Assembly (NCBI RefSeq): GCF_006345805.1
Contig: NC_043011.1
Location: forward strand, 46,884,464-46,948,463
DNA length: 64,000 nt
Reading direction: 5' to 3'
Source: Octopus sinensis
Taxonomy: Eukaryota
Both the position numbers and the translations under genes were made by a program. Under the pieces are notes generated by a model. The model made no database searches. It saw only the letters and a list, made by a program, of their open reading frames with translations, and had not been told where the DNA came from. Below are positions 11,997-24,904 of the stretch, one piece after another; positions within the stretch are counted from its first letter, which is position 1; each line of letters opens with the position of its first letter.

Positions 11997-12302
11997 CCCC
12001 TTACCCAACAATTATTTTGAAAATAAATGTATTTTTTCAGACATTTTTTAATTGTTTTATTTTACTATGTTTTGAATGGTAATTTCGAGGTATATTTCAA
12101 ACCTTATTTATTATGAATTTTAATTCAATAATATTGATTTTAAATTACCGCCTTGGGCAGAAATGAGTTAACCCGTTTTTAGACGAAGGAACTCGTTTGC
12201 TGTCGATTTTGGCGAGTCTATCTTTTGACGAGTTAACTCGCCAGAGATAGAAAAAAACGATTTCGGTCAAAACGAATATATTCGTTTCTGCCGGGTAAGG
12301 GG
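11997..12302. mobile_element. piggyBac-type MITE
   Basis: TTAA-CCCCTTACCC ... GGGTAAGGGG-TTAA: TTAA target duplication plus 10-bp TIR. Confidence 0.85.
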
Positions 12303-12449
12303 TTAAACCAGATGAGGTCTGTTTTGGCAAAAATCATACATAGATATATGTGATATTGGATAATTTGTACTTTATTGGTTAATTATTGAAAGAGTACACC
12401 TATGACTAAAAGTGGCCAAAATGGGGTTCCTTGGGGGGATTTCTGCAGT

Positions 12450-12790
12450 AATCATCACCATCGTTTAACGTCTGCTTTCCATGCTAGCATGGGTTGGACA
12501 ATTTGACTGAGGTCTGGCAAACCAGACTCCAATCTGATCTGGCAGAGTTTCTACAGCTGGAAGCCCTTCCTAACGCCAACCACTCCGAAAGTGTAGAGGG
12601 TGCTTTTACATGCCACCGGCACGAGAGCCAGTTAGGTGGCACTGGCAATGGCCACACTAAAATGGTGCTTTTTATGTGCAACCTGCACAGGAGCCAGAAT
12701 GTTTTTTCACATCCCCCTAGAACAAGTGCTAGTAAGGCAATGCAGATAATGATCACGCTTGAATGGTGTTTTTAACATGCCATCGGCACG
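12450..12790 (-). mobile_element. Family B copy
   Basis: Same consensus. Confidence 0.8.
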
Positions 12791-14347
12791 AAACAGGGTA
12801 CATAACCCAAGGCTGAAGGAATCTCTCCAAATTAAGCTACTATATATCTGCCTGGTGAAGCTACAGCTCTGGAGCTACAGACATGTGGTTACAATATTGC
12901 TGGAAAGAATTTTAAGATGGGTTCTTTAAGCCAAGCAAAGTGGCAGGTGGCTTAGGGTTAGACCAAGAATAGATGATTGGGTAATATCGATAATCACAGT
13001 TGGCTGCACTCGGGAATCGAACCAGAAAATTTAATGGTGGCTGCTTTTGAAGGACCCTATGGAAGAGGTGCTTGGGGACTTTACCCCAGCAAACCCTCCT
13101 AAGAAGATGTAACGGTTGTGGGTATTGAATAGTTTTGTAGAGTATGGACAGTTGAGGGATCTGAGGTTTGGGACTGTCTCTTGATCTTAGAAAGACAAAA
13201 AAATTTAATATTTTGTCCCTCTGGTAAAGGCTCTATCCTAAATCATTAGGGGCCTCCTCACTCTGTGCCATTCCAACTTTAAAGTATAAAAAAAAAGAGA
13301 GAGCTAAATTGGAAATTAACTTTGATAAAGTTGTTGGTGTTCTTTATCTCCAGATCAGTCCAGATTAAGAAGATCTGTGATGAAAGGCATTCCAGCTTTG
13401 ATCATACTCTGTTTTTGAGGCATAATGAATCTACGGATACATTACTCAATGTGTTCTTCCTTTCTCTGAGCTGGCAGAGTGTGATTTGGTGGCCATCTCT
13501 AGCAAGTCAATAGATCAACTGGAAACCTCCACTTCACAGATGCTGGGAATCTCATTAAAAATCTATGATTAACTAAGTCAACCAACCTACCTCTAAACAG
13601 TTGCTTGATATGCTAAGAACAGCAGTCAAATCTTGCTCAATTTCCTCACCACTGAATTGAAAACTTAGGGAAACGCTGCTCAGTGTAATTTTGGATATAC
13701 AGAAAGTGGAGATGGTCATGGTTGATATGATGCTGATTATAGGTCTACTTAATTAGAATTGACTTGATACAAAACAACAACTACAACAACAACAGTTCCC
13801 AATCTGACACTGGTTTTTGTGTTGTGTGACCTCAGCCAACACACTGTAAATGTCATAAAGCAATTCAATAAAGTTTAGTTGTTACTCTGTGGATCTCAGA
13901 TTAATAACATAATAGCTTCTATTTATAAAATGACAATTAATTGACTTGGAATAATTTCATTAATCAGAAATCTGATATGGGAAAAAGTAATAATGGAGAA
14001 AAATACAACAGAACGTTAGATTTATTTATTTGCTTTGAAAATTTTTTTTATTCTCTTTGTTTCATGGTGGGCATACTGAACCATTTGATTCTATAGCAGT
14101 GGTGAATGACCGTTTCCAGAAGGGTCAGAGAGCATGAAATCCACAAAAGTGCCTTCATGAGACATCAACGTTATCATCATCATTTAACGTCTGCTTTCCT
14201 TTCTGGCATGGGTTGGATGGTTTGACCAGAGCCGGTAAGGTTGGGAGCTGCACTAGACCCCACTGTCTTTTCGGATATGGTTTCTATGGCTGGATGCCCT
14301 TCCTAATGTCAATCACTTAACAACGTGTACTATGTGCATTTTATATG

Positions 14348-14590
14348 GGACCAGCACCAGTCATTTTAATGTGGGACAAGCATGAGTGCATTTTATGTGA
14401 CACCAGTATCAGAGCTTTTAATGTGGCACCAGCATCAATACTTTTTATGTGGAACCAGCACCAGTGCTTTTAATGTGGCACCAGCATCAATACTTTTTAT
14501 GTGGCACCAGCACCAGTGCTTTTAATGTGGCACCAGCATCAGTGCTTTTAATGTGGTACTAAAACCAGTGCTTTTAATGTGGCACCAACA
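14348..14590. repeat. About 26-bp minisatellite derived from a family B interior
   Basis: Roughly nine units of GGCACCAGCA(T/C)CA(G/A)T(G/A)CTTTT(A/T)ATGT. Confidence 0.85.
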
Positions 14591-15249
14591 AGAGTGTCTT
14601 GCTCAAGAACACAACAGATAGCCCAATCTGGGAATTGAACTCAGTATGTCATGATTGTGATCCTGATGCTCTGACCACAGAACCATGTGCCTTTATGTAT
14701 CACACATACATACATACATATATAAAAACATACAATCACACATGTATAGCACACATACTCAAAAACACACACGTACCCAGGTTTCTCAAAAGTTAAAAAA
14801 GAAAAAAATTGAATATAAAATAAAAAAAAAAACACAAAGCTAAAGGAAATACATGTTATATAGATCTTATGATATCGCATGTAGTAAATAAATATATATT
14901 TGCACTCTGCCTTGACAGAGAGCGATAGAAGTGTTGAGGAGAAGAGACATGATACAAAACATGTATGTTATTATCATGGATATTATCTGATGTATTGTTA
15001 GCACCATATGGCCCGGGTGAGAAATTGAGGGTGAATCTAAGTGCCAAACTATATACACCCACTGGCATATGTTTCAGCACAACAAAGATATTACGGAACA
15101 AGTCAAGTGCAAAGCTCTATTTATATAAGCTGCTTCTGTGATAGAAATCTTCTTAGCAACTGTCTATGTTTCCAGAGACGGCTCTAGTTTCTTTGTTTTA
15201 TATCAATATGCATTAACACACACACACACACACAATTCTTTACATACAA

Positions 15250-15281
<32 letters not shown>

Positions 15282-15289
15282 ATGTATAT

Positions 15290-15337
<48 letters not shown>

Positions 15338-15597
15338 TAAAATTTACTTGGAAAAGGATGCGTGGCATTCAAACATATAATATAAATAATATATAAAAAT
15401 ATGCATATAATCATACATATATGTACATACCCACATATATATGTATATATACATGCATATATGGGTACAGGACATCAAAAAAACGTTGAACACAATGAGA
15501 AACGAAAACATAAAAACAAAAACATGGAAACAAACTATTTTTCAAACAACGAGAAAACAGAGTACAAGACATACAACACAAGGAATATTCCCCCTTG

Positions 15598-15629
<32 letters not shown>

Positions 15630-16064
15630 ATATATAATATATTATATATGCATACTTGTATGTGTGTATATACAGACACGGAAGAATTTAATCAGTAATA
15701 AGTGTATATACACAAATGAAGACATAGAAAATTGTGTGTATGTACAAATACACAAGACAAAAATTACAGATCCAAATGTTCAATGACAAAGTACAAGCTT
15801 GTATATGTATGTGTTCAGGTACATGCATACATACATACAGACAGACAGACAATTTTGTATACATGCAGCCTACATAAAATTATACACCCACATAGGTGAA
15901 ATGTATAAACTCGTAAACATTGCTTGGCATGTGTATGGTAGGATACGTACTTGAACATTAGCTAAACTCATGTATATAGACACACACATAAATGCACACA
16001 GTCACATACACACAGCAACAAACAGAGAAATAAATAAATGGATAGGTATATAAACATACATAGA

Positions 16065-16149
<85 letters not shown>

Positions 16150-16694
16150 GTATATATATATATATATGTATATATGTATATATATATATAAATATATAAA
16201 TTTACACATACATAATATCATATATGTAAACGTGCACCTGCACACACACACTTGTATATATTTATCTGCGTTTTTTTCCCCCCTTAATGTGGTTAAGTGT
16301 GTCTGACATTGAATTTCAAGACGGTGGGAAGTTAACAAAATATTTACATGTTTGATATGCAATTCTCAGATTTCTTGTGGTGTTACCTACATTTAAGCTG
16401 CTCTTATACACCGAACTATACACACACCACACACACACACACACGTTATATTTATATTATATATATATATATGTATGTATATTCATGCATGCTATCAACA
16501 TTAAGGAGAATGTAATTTCCTTGTATTTATAGGTTATATCAGTCCTGGCCCCAGTTGAACTTCCTGTAAGCAAACGATGACGATGACGATGATGATGATG
16601 ATGATGATGATGATGACTATGATGATGATGTTGATGACGACATAGTATTTTAGTATATATTCTATAAGTTCTTTAACATTTGTTTTCTTACCAC

Positions 16695-16737
<43 letters not shown>

Positions 16738-16844
16738 TATAGATGTTTGTACCTTCAGAAGTAATGCATATACATATGTAAATATGTAGGTATATAAGTG
16801 TGTATGTATATGTATGTGTGTGTGTGTGTTATCATATGTATATA

Positions 16845-17057
16845 CTGGGTGGCCCAAAAGTAGGTTTACAGTTATCACGTTGGCACTTTAAATTTTGGTT
16901 AAAACATTTTATTACATTTCAATTTCTATCTTACATTTAACTAAATTAGCACAGAATAATAGTTTCATATTTTTTTTATGATTAAGATCTAAACTGTTAA
17001 TATATGAATGCAAAAGAGATGGTTAAATAACTGTAAACCTACTTTTGGGCCACCCTG
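16845..17057. mobile_element. Tc1/mariner-type MITE
   Basis: About 31-bp TIR C(T/A)GGGTGGCCCAAAAGTAGGTTTACAGTTAT, with TA on both sides. Confidence 0.85.
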
Positions 17058-17059
17058 TA

Positions 17060-17091
<32 letters not shown>

Positions 17092-17123
17092 GGGCATCCA
17101 GCTGTAGAAACCAAGCTACAACA

Positions 17124-17354
17124 GGCGGCAAGCTGGCAGAAATGTTAGCACGCCGGACGAAATGCTTAGCAGCATTTCGTCTGCCGTTATGTTCTGAGTT
17201 CAAATTCCGCTGAGGTCAACTTTGCCTTTCATCCTTTTGGGGTTGATAAATTAAGTACTAGTTACACACTGGGATTGATGTAATCGACTTAATCCCTTTG
17301 TCTGTCTTTGTTTGTCCCCTCTATGTTTAGCCCTTTGTGGGTAATAAAGAAATA
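17124..17354 (+). mobile_element. SINE-C in a family B copy, 18-bp TSD
   Basis: AGAAACCAAGC(T/C)ACAACA at 17106-17123 and 17355-17372. Confidence 0.88.
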
Positions 17355-18003
17355 AGAAACCAAGCCACAACAGACTATGAGTCCTGGTGTGGTCCCTGGC
17401 CTTACCAGTTCCTGTCAAGCCGTCCAACCCATGCCAGCATGGAAAGCAGAACTTAAATGTTGATGATGCTGATGGTATACGCATACACACACACACATAC
17501 ACTCACACATTATTGATGTTACATATATTTACTATATATAACATGTACATACGATATATAAATATAAATACATTCATGTTTACATAAACGCATACAAGCT
17601 GAGAGAAATACAGATATTTATTATTAATCTATACTTTATAAACAACTTGCACCACGGGGCATTCAGTTTATCAGCTGTTGGACTGAAGATCACAATGATT
17701 TTGGCACCTTCCAACGTTGTTAGCTCCTTCCAGCTGTACTGGCACCACTGATGTTATCAAGGAATGTCTGAGTTCTTTTGTTGTATACAGTACCATGTGT
17801 TTTCTTTATAATTTTTTCTGCACTGCCTGTTATTCATGTAGACAGTATAAAAAATATATGTGGTAAGAAGCCTGCTTCCCAACCACATGGTTCCGGGTTC
17901 AGTCTCATTGTGTGGCACCTTGGGCAAGTGGCTTCTACTATAGCCTCGGGCTGACCAAAGCCTTGCAAATGAATTTGGAAGACATAAACTGAAAGAACCC
18001 TAT

Positions 18004-18049
<46 letters not shown>

Positions 18050-18052
<3 letters not shown>

Positions 18053-18335
18053 TATTGGATTTTATTCACAAGGTATTGGAATATTATATGTATATCATTC
18101 TGCCTAAAAAAAAATGGATCTACAAATGCAATATCCCTACATATCACATATCTATTTTCTTTTATTTCCTCCACCTCACTCTCTATTTTATATCTTATCT
18201 AAATTAACTATTTCTTAACCATCCTCTCACACCCTCTCCGATGAAGGGATATAATAAATATCCTGGAAACAGCTGTAAGACTTTCTATCTATAAATTTCT
18301 AAAATCTACACAGCCTTGGTTTTCTATCTCATTAC
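18050..18335 (+). mobile_element. Penelope-like 3' remnant
   Basis: EYYMYIILPKKNG-like trace resembling a GIY-YIG C-terminus, followed by a decayed HHR; between (TA)n tracts. Confidence 0.45.
18234..18281 (+). ncRNA. Degenerate hammerhead motif (U4C) in a Penelope-like 3' remnant
   Basis: CTCT-CCGATGA-a-GGGATA/TATCCT-g-GAAAC-AGCT-GTA-AGAC; palindromic stem III ACAGCTGT. Confidence 0.55.
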
Positions 18336-18529
18336 GAAATATATATATACATATACACGAGCTTAAAAGTGATCCCAATAAGGCAGAATTTAAACTAGTA
18401 TATAGCTTCTAAGCAACTGACCCTGAATAGGAAGATCTGTAAACAGATCTCTGACTTGTTTTGGAGAATTTGTTGCAATTGCTTCCTCCAGAGTCATATC
18501 CTGATGATGATCATATTAGGTGCAAAAAA

Positions 18530-18820
18530 ATCATGTAAAAAATATCGCTGTAAACAATCATAGTAATGAAAACATAGGAATCCAAAATTTCAGGATTGCA
18601 GGTCCGGATTTGGCCTAGAATATTGTTAATTTACTCATGGAGTTAGCCTTTTGATTGTAAAAATTGTCATCGTACAAAACATTTGTCACAAAAAGTCACG
18701 TAAAAGAATCGCTGGAAACTATCAGATTAATTAAAACTTGGGAATCCAACATTTTAGGATTGTGGGTCTGGATTTGGCCTGGAATGTTTTTAATTTACTC
18801 TCAGAGTCAGCCTGCTAAAA
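18530..18820. repeat. Old tandem duplication, period about 164 bp
   Basis: GGAATCCAA.ATTT.AGGATTG..GGTC.GGATTTGGCCT.GAAT at 18577 and 18741. Confidence 0.75.
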
Positions 18821-19269
18821 ATAAGAGCCAAATCACCTTTAGATTACATCTCACCACCTTATCGGCAGAATTTGAACTCAGAATGTAAAAATGGACAAAA
18901 TCCTGGATGAAAACTGCTAAGCATTTCACTTAGAATGTTAATGTTTCTGCCAGCTTACTATCTTAATAATAATAATTCTTGATAATTTTGGCACAAACCC
19001 AGTAATTCTGAGGGGTGGGGAAATCAATTACATTAACTCTGGTGTTTTACTGGTATTTATTTTGTTGACCCCGAGGTGATGAACGGCAAAGTCAACCTTG
19101 GCGGAATTTGAACTCAGAACATAAAAGATAGATGAAATGTCACTACGCATTTTGTCTGGTATGCTTACAATTCTGCCAGCTCAATGCCTTAATAATGATT
19201 TTTGATTATAGCATGCAACCAGCAATTTCATGATTAAATCAACCCCAGTGTTCACCTGGTTCTTATTTT

Positions 19270-19472
19270 ACATTATTTATATTATTTACATTATTTATAT
19301 TATTTACATTATTTATATTATTTACATTATTTATATTATTTACATTCGAAGGATGTTTATCCTCATCTTGTTTGTTGTTAACACAACGTTTCGGCTGAAA
19401 TACCCTCCAGCCTTCATCAGGTGGCTTGGAGAAATTTCAAACCTGTGTTCTCATTCCTAAGGTATTTTTCGA

Positions 19473-19475
<3 letters not shown>
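19270..19475 (-). mobile_element. Short HHR-bearing element, copy 1, with (AATGTAAAT)n-like tail
   Basis: Highly similar to 34795-34970; 9-bp tandem tail at 19270-19345; other end runs into (TAA)n. Confidence 0.65.
19380..19425 (-). ncRNA. Minimal type I hammerhead motif, intact core
   Basis: Minus strand GCCAC-CTGATGA-a-GGCTG-gagggtattt-CAGCC-GAAAC-GTT-GTGTT. Stem III is a loopless ACGT palindrome (dimer-type). Confidence 0.82.
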
Positions 19476-19539
<64 letters not shown>

Positions 19540-20423
19540 GTTATTGTTCAGGTCACTGCTTGGAATCGAACCACTACGCCATATGCCCATGTGGAATTTG
19601 AAATCAAAGCCATGAATTTAGTCGAAGAATTTTAGATGAGGTAATCAAACCAAATACTTGACTAGTACTTAATACATTGATTAACAATAATAATAATAAA
19701 TAATCAACTTCAAAAAGACGTCAATGGGAAAGTGGGTAATAGTTCATAGTTTAGTGTTAGTATTTTGAATATTTATCTTCTTATTGTCACCTGCTGCCTC
19801 TACCTTCCCTGAAATTACAAATGATCTTTACATTTAGAGAAATGTCATTGAAATGTCAATGGAATATTTTAAAAGCACTGCTAAGAAACTTATCGGATGT
19901 ACTAGATGAGAACATTAAATCAATTCACTTTTAATTGGTTTAAATTTCTAACTTTGTCATCATTTTAGCAAATCACTTTTCACCTGCAATTCATTAAATA
20001 ATGGTTAAAGTATTAAATAAAAATGAATAAAAATAAAAACAAAGAAAAAATAAATTAGTGAAATGAATTTTAAACAGACACACTCATTACACATTCATAT
20101 ACATTTAAATCTGTTTTAGAATGAAAAATCTCTGAAGCTTTTCTAAAATTTAAGGAAAGTAAATTGAGGAAGGTTCCGTTTAGTTTGGGGGTGTTTTATC
20201 TGGTTTTAACTATTTAAAAATTTCTTCAGGGTTTTATTTATTTATTTATTATTACAAAATTCTTAAGATGTGTAGGAACAGCTCATTAAAAGTGTTAGCC
20301 TTGTGGCTAATAATAAAATAGTTTGTGTTCTGTCTCACTGTTCCTCCTATTTAATCTGTATAGAAGTCAATCACCCTGCAATTGATTGATAGTAAACACC
20401 TGTTTTGTTATGGTTTACTCAAG

Positions 20424-20470
20424 TGAAAAAAACTTGGTCCATGACCTTCACAATCCCAGTGAGACTACTG
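20424..20470 (+). CDS. Putative internal exon, 47 nt, phase 2 to 1 (EKNLVHDLHNPSETT)
   Basis: Strong donor CTG|GTGAGT; weak AAG acceptor; phase fits the next candidate. Confidence 0.28.
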
Positions 20471-21095
20471 GTGAGTCTGATGTAGTTAATATTCTTAAAT
20501 CAATGTCTACCAGAAAAAAGTCAGTGGAAGACAGTAATTCCTCAACCCCACACAAACACACTTCATACTTTGATCTCTGTGTAGACTGTCTCTCCTCTTT
20601 CTTTCTTTCGTATTTCTTTACTTCCCACAAGGGGCTAAACACAGAGAGGACAAACAAGGACAAACAAAGGGATTAAGTCGATTACATTGACCCCAGTGCG
20701 TAACTGGTACTTAATGTATCGACCCCAAAAGGATGAAAGCAAAGTCGACCTCGGCGGAATTTGACAAAATGCCGCTAAGCGTGTTAACGTTTCTGCCAAC
20801 TCGCCATCTTTGCTTCTCTCTTTCTTGCCATGACTACAATGTCTGCTACTCCTTGGAACTAAATACTTGGACTTCCATGGAGCAGCATAAAGTCCACCCA
20901 CCATTCTTGTCTCTCCTTTTTATGTTCTTTCCATAACCATATTGTCTCCTTCTTTTCAAGTCCCAGACTTAATAATAATCCATAATTGGTGTGTGTACAA
21001 TATTACCTTTAGTTTGGAAAGAAAGGGCCCTAGTTTGAATCCCATCAGGAAAAGGACAGTTGATGACCATTGGAAATAAAACTAACGGAAATTTA

Positions 21096-21312
21096 CAAAG
21101 GGGTACTGAAATGTTCCTGGCTTTAAGGGTGTCGCGAAAGGCCTGGTTGGCGGCCCAAACTTCCGAGTTCTTTTACAGGGCTTAGGAAAACTGAAGGACC
21201 ACTGAAATAAGTGTGTGAATCTGAGAGTGGGATATGTTAAATAAAATCATAACTAGCTGATCCTCCTGTATTTTCTTTTACCTAAAGCCAGGAACTTTTT
21301 AGCACCTCCTCA
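21096..21312 (+). mobile_element. Mariner-derived MITE, copy 1
   Basis: TIR-like GGGGTACTGAAATGTTCCTGGCTTTA ... TAAAGCCAGGAACTTTTTAGCACCTCCT with TA flanks; interior reads FLQGLGKLKDH*NKCVNLR. Confidence 0.75.
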
Positions 21313-21720
21313 TACTGTAGATATAAATATTGCCCATCTATAGCTGTGGTTAATCATTCTAGAAAAATTATAATTTTATAAAGAGTTAGTAATCTCAGAT
21401 ACAGAACAATAGAAAAGACAGAGAGAGGTATAAGAATAAAAGAAAAAGAGTGCTGGATACATGTGAGGGAATTTGTTGTAGCTGAAGTTCTATTTGTTAC
21501 ATCGAATATATTCTTCAGTCACCCTGAGGTACAGAAACAGGAAAAAGTTGTAGCAAGCACTGGCTGAGGAAGAAATTTGTTTAGCAGGTGAAAATCCAGG
21601 TCCAAAATATTTGGCAAACAAGGTTTTATTGTTTTTTTTATTTATTTATTTATTATTTAATTATTTATTTTTGTACCTTGTTCTTTGAGAAGAAACCTAA
21701 CTTCAAGTGACTTTTTACAG

Positions 21721-21755
21721 ATCACTCTTTACACAGTCTTCTAAACCTGAGAAAA
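21721..21755 (+). CDS. Putative internal exon, 35 nt, phase 1 to 0 (DHSLHSLLNLRK)
   Basis: CCTAAC branch-like site, TTTTTACAG acceptor, GTAAGT donor. Confidence 0.38.
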
Positions 21756-21939
21756 GTAAGTAGGGATGCAAATTTTCATTTTGTAACCCTGAAATATTTT
21801 AGGAGGTGCACTTGCACCTCTTGCATGCACCCCCTATTCCCGGGCCCATGGTAGCAATTGATGGGAGACAAGGCTCAATTTTGAATGTGCACACATTCAT
21901 AAGCATACACATGCACAGAAATACATTCATTTCTCTTAT

Positions 21940-22315
21940 TCTTTTACTTGTTTCAGCCATATGACTGCGGTCATGCTGGAGCACAGCCTTGAAGGGTTTT
22001 CAATTGAAAAAATCGACCCCAGGGCTTATTTTTCAAGCCTAGTACTTATTCTCCCAGTCTCTTTTGCCAAACTTCTAAGTAATGGGAATGTAAACACACC
22101 GACACCGGTTGCCAGGCAGTCATGAGGAGATAACACACACACATACATACAATGGGCTTCTTTCAGTTTCTTTCTACCAAAATCCACTCACAAGGCTTTG
22201 GTCAGTCCAAAGCTTTAACAGAAGATGCTTGCCCAAGGTGCCATGCAGTGGGAGTGAACTTGGAACCATGGGGTTGGGAAGCAAGCGTCTTATCACACAG
22301 CTATGCCTGCACCTA
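21940..22315 (-). mobile_element. SINE-A
   Basis: Diverged full-length copy. Confidence 0.8.
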
Positions 22316-22459
22316 TGAATAAAACTTCTTTAATAGTTTTAGCTCCCTTACTTGGATCAAGCAGGCACTTTTTCAGCCTGTTTACAACATAAAGGAACTT
22401 GAAGTTATACATTTCCTTTCTGTTTCCTCTTAATCTAAACTGTTATACATGGTTCAGTC

Positions 22460-22859
22460 TCTCTATATATATATAAAGCTGAAGTTGTCTGTGTATGACA
22501 GGTTTGGTAGCCTTCAACTAACACTATCTCCTCCAAGACCCTGCAGCGCAAGTTGACCAAAATTGACAGTATGATAGAAGAAGGCTTGCTCTTCCTTCTG
22601 TAGAAGAAAAAGTTCAAATTGAACCATGTTAACACCAAAAATTATTTACATAAAAAAGGTGCTTCTTTTCTATGAAAATCCCTATTTTTACAATTTTTTT
22701 ACTGCTATGTCACCAATTTTCGGTGTATTTCAACCAGAAAAAATGTTCACTTAAAAAGAATAACAAGCTACATAATGCAAAATTTTTCCTTTTCAAAAAT
22801 TCCAATTCTGAAGGGTAGAAAAGAAAACAAACCCGAGCAACACCGAGTGATACTACTAG
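22460..22859 (+). mobile_element. Helitron-like non-autonomous element
   Basis: 5' TCTATATATATAAAG..GTCTGTGT start; 3' GC-rich imperfect hairpin CCCGAGCAACACCGAG then CTAG followed by T. Confidence 0.55.
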
Positions 22860-23080
22860 TATACAATAAGTGACAATTACAGCAGGCCATATCATTAGAG
22901 ATGAGCTGCTGTCGTCTAAATCTTATCTAAGGTTATCAAATTTTAAAACCTTAGATTTATGTTTCAGTTCACCATCTGCCTGTTTCAACTGTACTGTCAT
23001 AAAACTAACACCATTTCAACTGTTAAATTTAAGACCTTCTTCAGTGAAATTCACCTTTAACATACCACTGTTCTTTGCAG

Positions 23081-23154
23081 ATTTATCCAAGAATAACAGA
23101 TAACATAAAAGCTTTTAAATCCCTCTTTCAAATATCAATCTCCAACAATGAGAT
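23081..23154 (+). CDS. Putative LRR-like exon, 74 nt, phase 0 to 2
   Basis: GTTCTTTGCAG acceptor, AT|GTAAGC donor; IYPRITDNIKAFKSLFQISISNNE(I) fits LxxLxxLxLxxNxI. Confidence 0.5.
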
Positions 23155-23586
23155 GTAAGCTAACTCCCTCTGACTGAATAACTTAATGGTTAATCACTGC
23201 ATGCGAGAGTGTCCAGTGTGATTTGCAGCTAAGTGGATGCAAGGCAAACATGGAATGATAGATCTGTAGTTCACACATAGGTGTTTACTAACCATGTACA
23301 TGAAATAGGTCTACTTGGCTCCGGTGGAACTGAACTGAAGCTACACGGCAATAACAAAAAATATGATTACAGAAAAGAACTGGTAAATGAAGAGATTACA
23401 AGTCTAGACTGTGACCCAGCAATCATATGATTAACTACTGGAAGTTGGAGTGTGCAGTTTGGTCCTCAACTATTTCAAGCAATACATACATTAGGCGTGT
23501 TGTGTTGCTTGATTGGCTACTGATGTGATCACGGCTGATTAAGGGCTATGTAGTATGAAATTAAATAATGCATTTTCATAAGCTAA

Positions 23587-23760
23587 ATAGGCGTAGGAGT
23601 GACTGTGTGGTAAGTAGCTTGCTTACCAACCACATGGTTCAGTGTTCAGTCCCACTGCATGGCACCTTGGCCAAGTGTCTTCTACTATAGCCTCGGGCCG
23701 ACCAAAGCCTTGTGAGTGGATTTGGTAGACGGAAACTGAAAAAAGCCTGTCGTATATATG

Positions 23761-23791
<31 letters not shown>

Positions 23792-24010
23792 ATGTGTTTG
23801 TGTATCTGTGTTTGTCCCCTCAACATCGCTTGACAACCAATGCTGGTGTGTTTACGTACCATAACTTAGTGGTACAGCAAAAGAGAGCGATAGAATAAGT
23901 ACTAGGCTTACAAAGAATAAGTCCTGGGGTCGATTTGCTTGAATAAAGGCGGCACTCCAGCATGGCCACAGTCACATGGCTGAAGCAAGTAAAAGAGAGA
24001 GAGTAAAGAG
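23587..24010 (+). mobile_element. SINE-A
   Basis: Full-length consensus. Confidence 0.9.
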
Positions 24011-24041
24011 AGAGAAACTGACTTTCTTCTCTCCATTGTTG

Positions 24042-24212
24042 TTAAACCCTTTAGTATTCAGCTGGCTGTATCAAATGCAAAGGTTGTTTATTCGCATTGT
24101 CTTGAATTAATCATGCATTCTCTTGTAGCTTCAAAAATGTCAATGATGTAATTAATTTTAGAATGACAAACGAAGGTAAGTGTGAAAGATTGGATCTGGC
24201 TGGTCTGAAAAT
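24042..24212 (+). mobile_element. piggyBac-like MITE family (TTAACCCTTTAGCATT ends), partial
   Basis: Homologous in inverted orientation to 24693-24904 and to 60565-61204. Confidence 0.6.
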
Positions 24213-24224
24213 ATTGGAGCCATC

Positions 24225-24660
24225 CATGCTAGTGGAGCGCGAAGAGCACCATCCGAGTGTGATTGTTGCCGGTGTGGCTAACTGGCTTCCATGCAGGTGG
24301 CACGTAAAAAGCACCATACGAGTGTGATCATTACCAGCATTGCCTTACTGGCACGTGAAAAAAACATTCGAGTGAGGTCGTTGCCAGTGCCACTGGACTG
24401 GCTTCTGTGCAGGTGGCATGGAAAAAACACCATTTGAGCATGGCCGTTGCCAGTACCGCCAGACTGGCCCTTATGCCGGTGACACGTAAAAGCACCTATT
24501 ACACTCTCAGAGTGGTTGGCATGAGGAAGAGCATCCAGCTGTAGAAACTCTGCCAGATCAGATTGGATCCTGGAGCAGCCATCTGGTTCGCCAGCCCTCA
24601 GTCAAATCGTCCAACCCATGCTAGCATGGAAAGCGGACGTTAAACGATGATGATGATGAT
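24225..24660 (+). mobile_element. Family B copy
   Basis: Same consensus, GAT tail. Confidence 0.8.
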
Positions 24661-24692
24661 AGGTTGAATATAAGTGCTAAATGCTAAATAGA

Positions 24693-24904
24693 TGACCCTT
24701 TCTCATTTAAACCAGTCCTATCTAGCTCATATATTCTGCGTGTTTTATGTCCAATTCTCACACTGACCCTACAATGTCATTCCAAAAAATAAACAATCAC
24801 ATCAGAGGAATTTCAAAGCTACAAGATTATGCATGATTAATTCAAAACAATGTGAACAGATAAGCATTAGATTCGATGCGTTAATCTGAATGCTAAAGAA
24901 TTAA
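24693..24904 (-). mobile_element. piggyBac-like MITE family copy
   Basis: Ends CTGAATGCTAAAGAATTAA; shared interior ATGCATGATTAATTCAAAAC. Confidence 0.6.

Noticed and set aside
22870-23100. Protein-looking minus-strand frame LDKSAKNSGMLKVNFTEEGLKFNS*NGVSFMTVQLKQ, faintly PCNA-like
   Set aside because: Two in-frame stops, no consistent splice sites and no recognisable motif; the plus-strand exon candidate overlaps its start.
23587-23660. tRNA-like A/B boxes here and in other SINE heads
   Set aside because: No full cloverleaf; they continue directly into SINE bodies.
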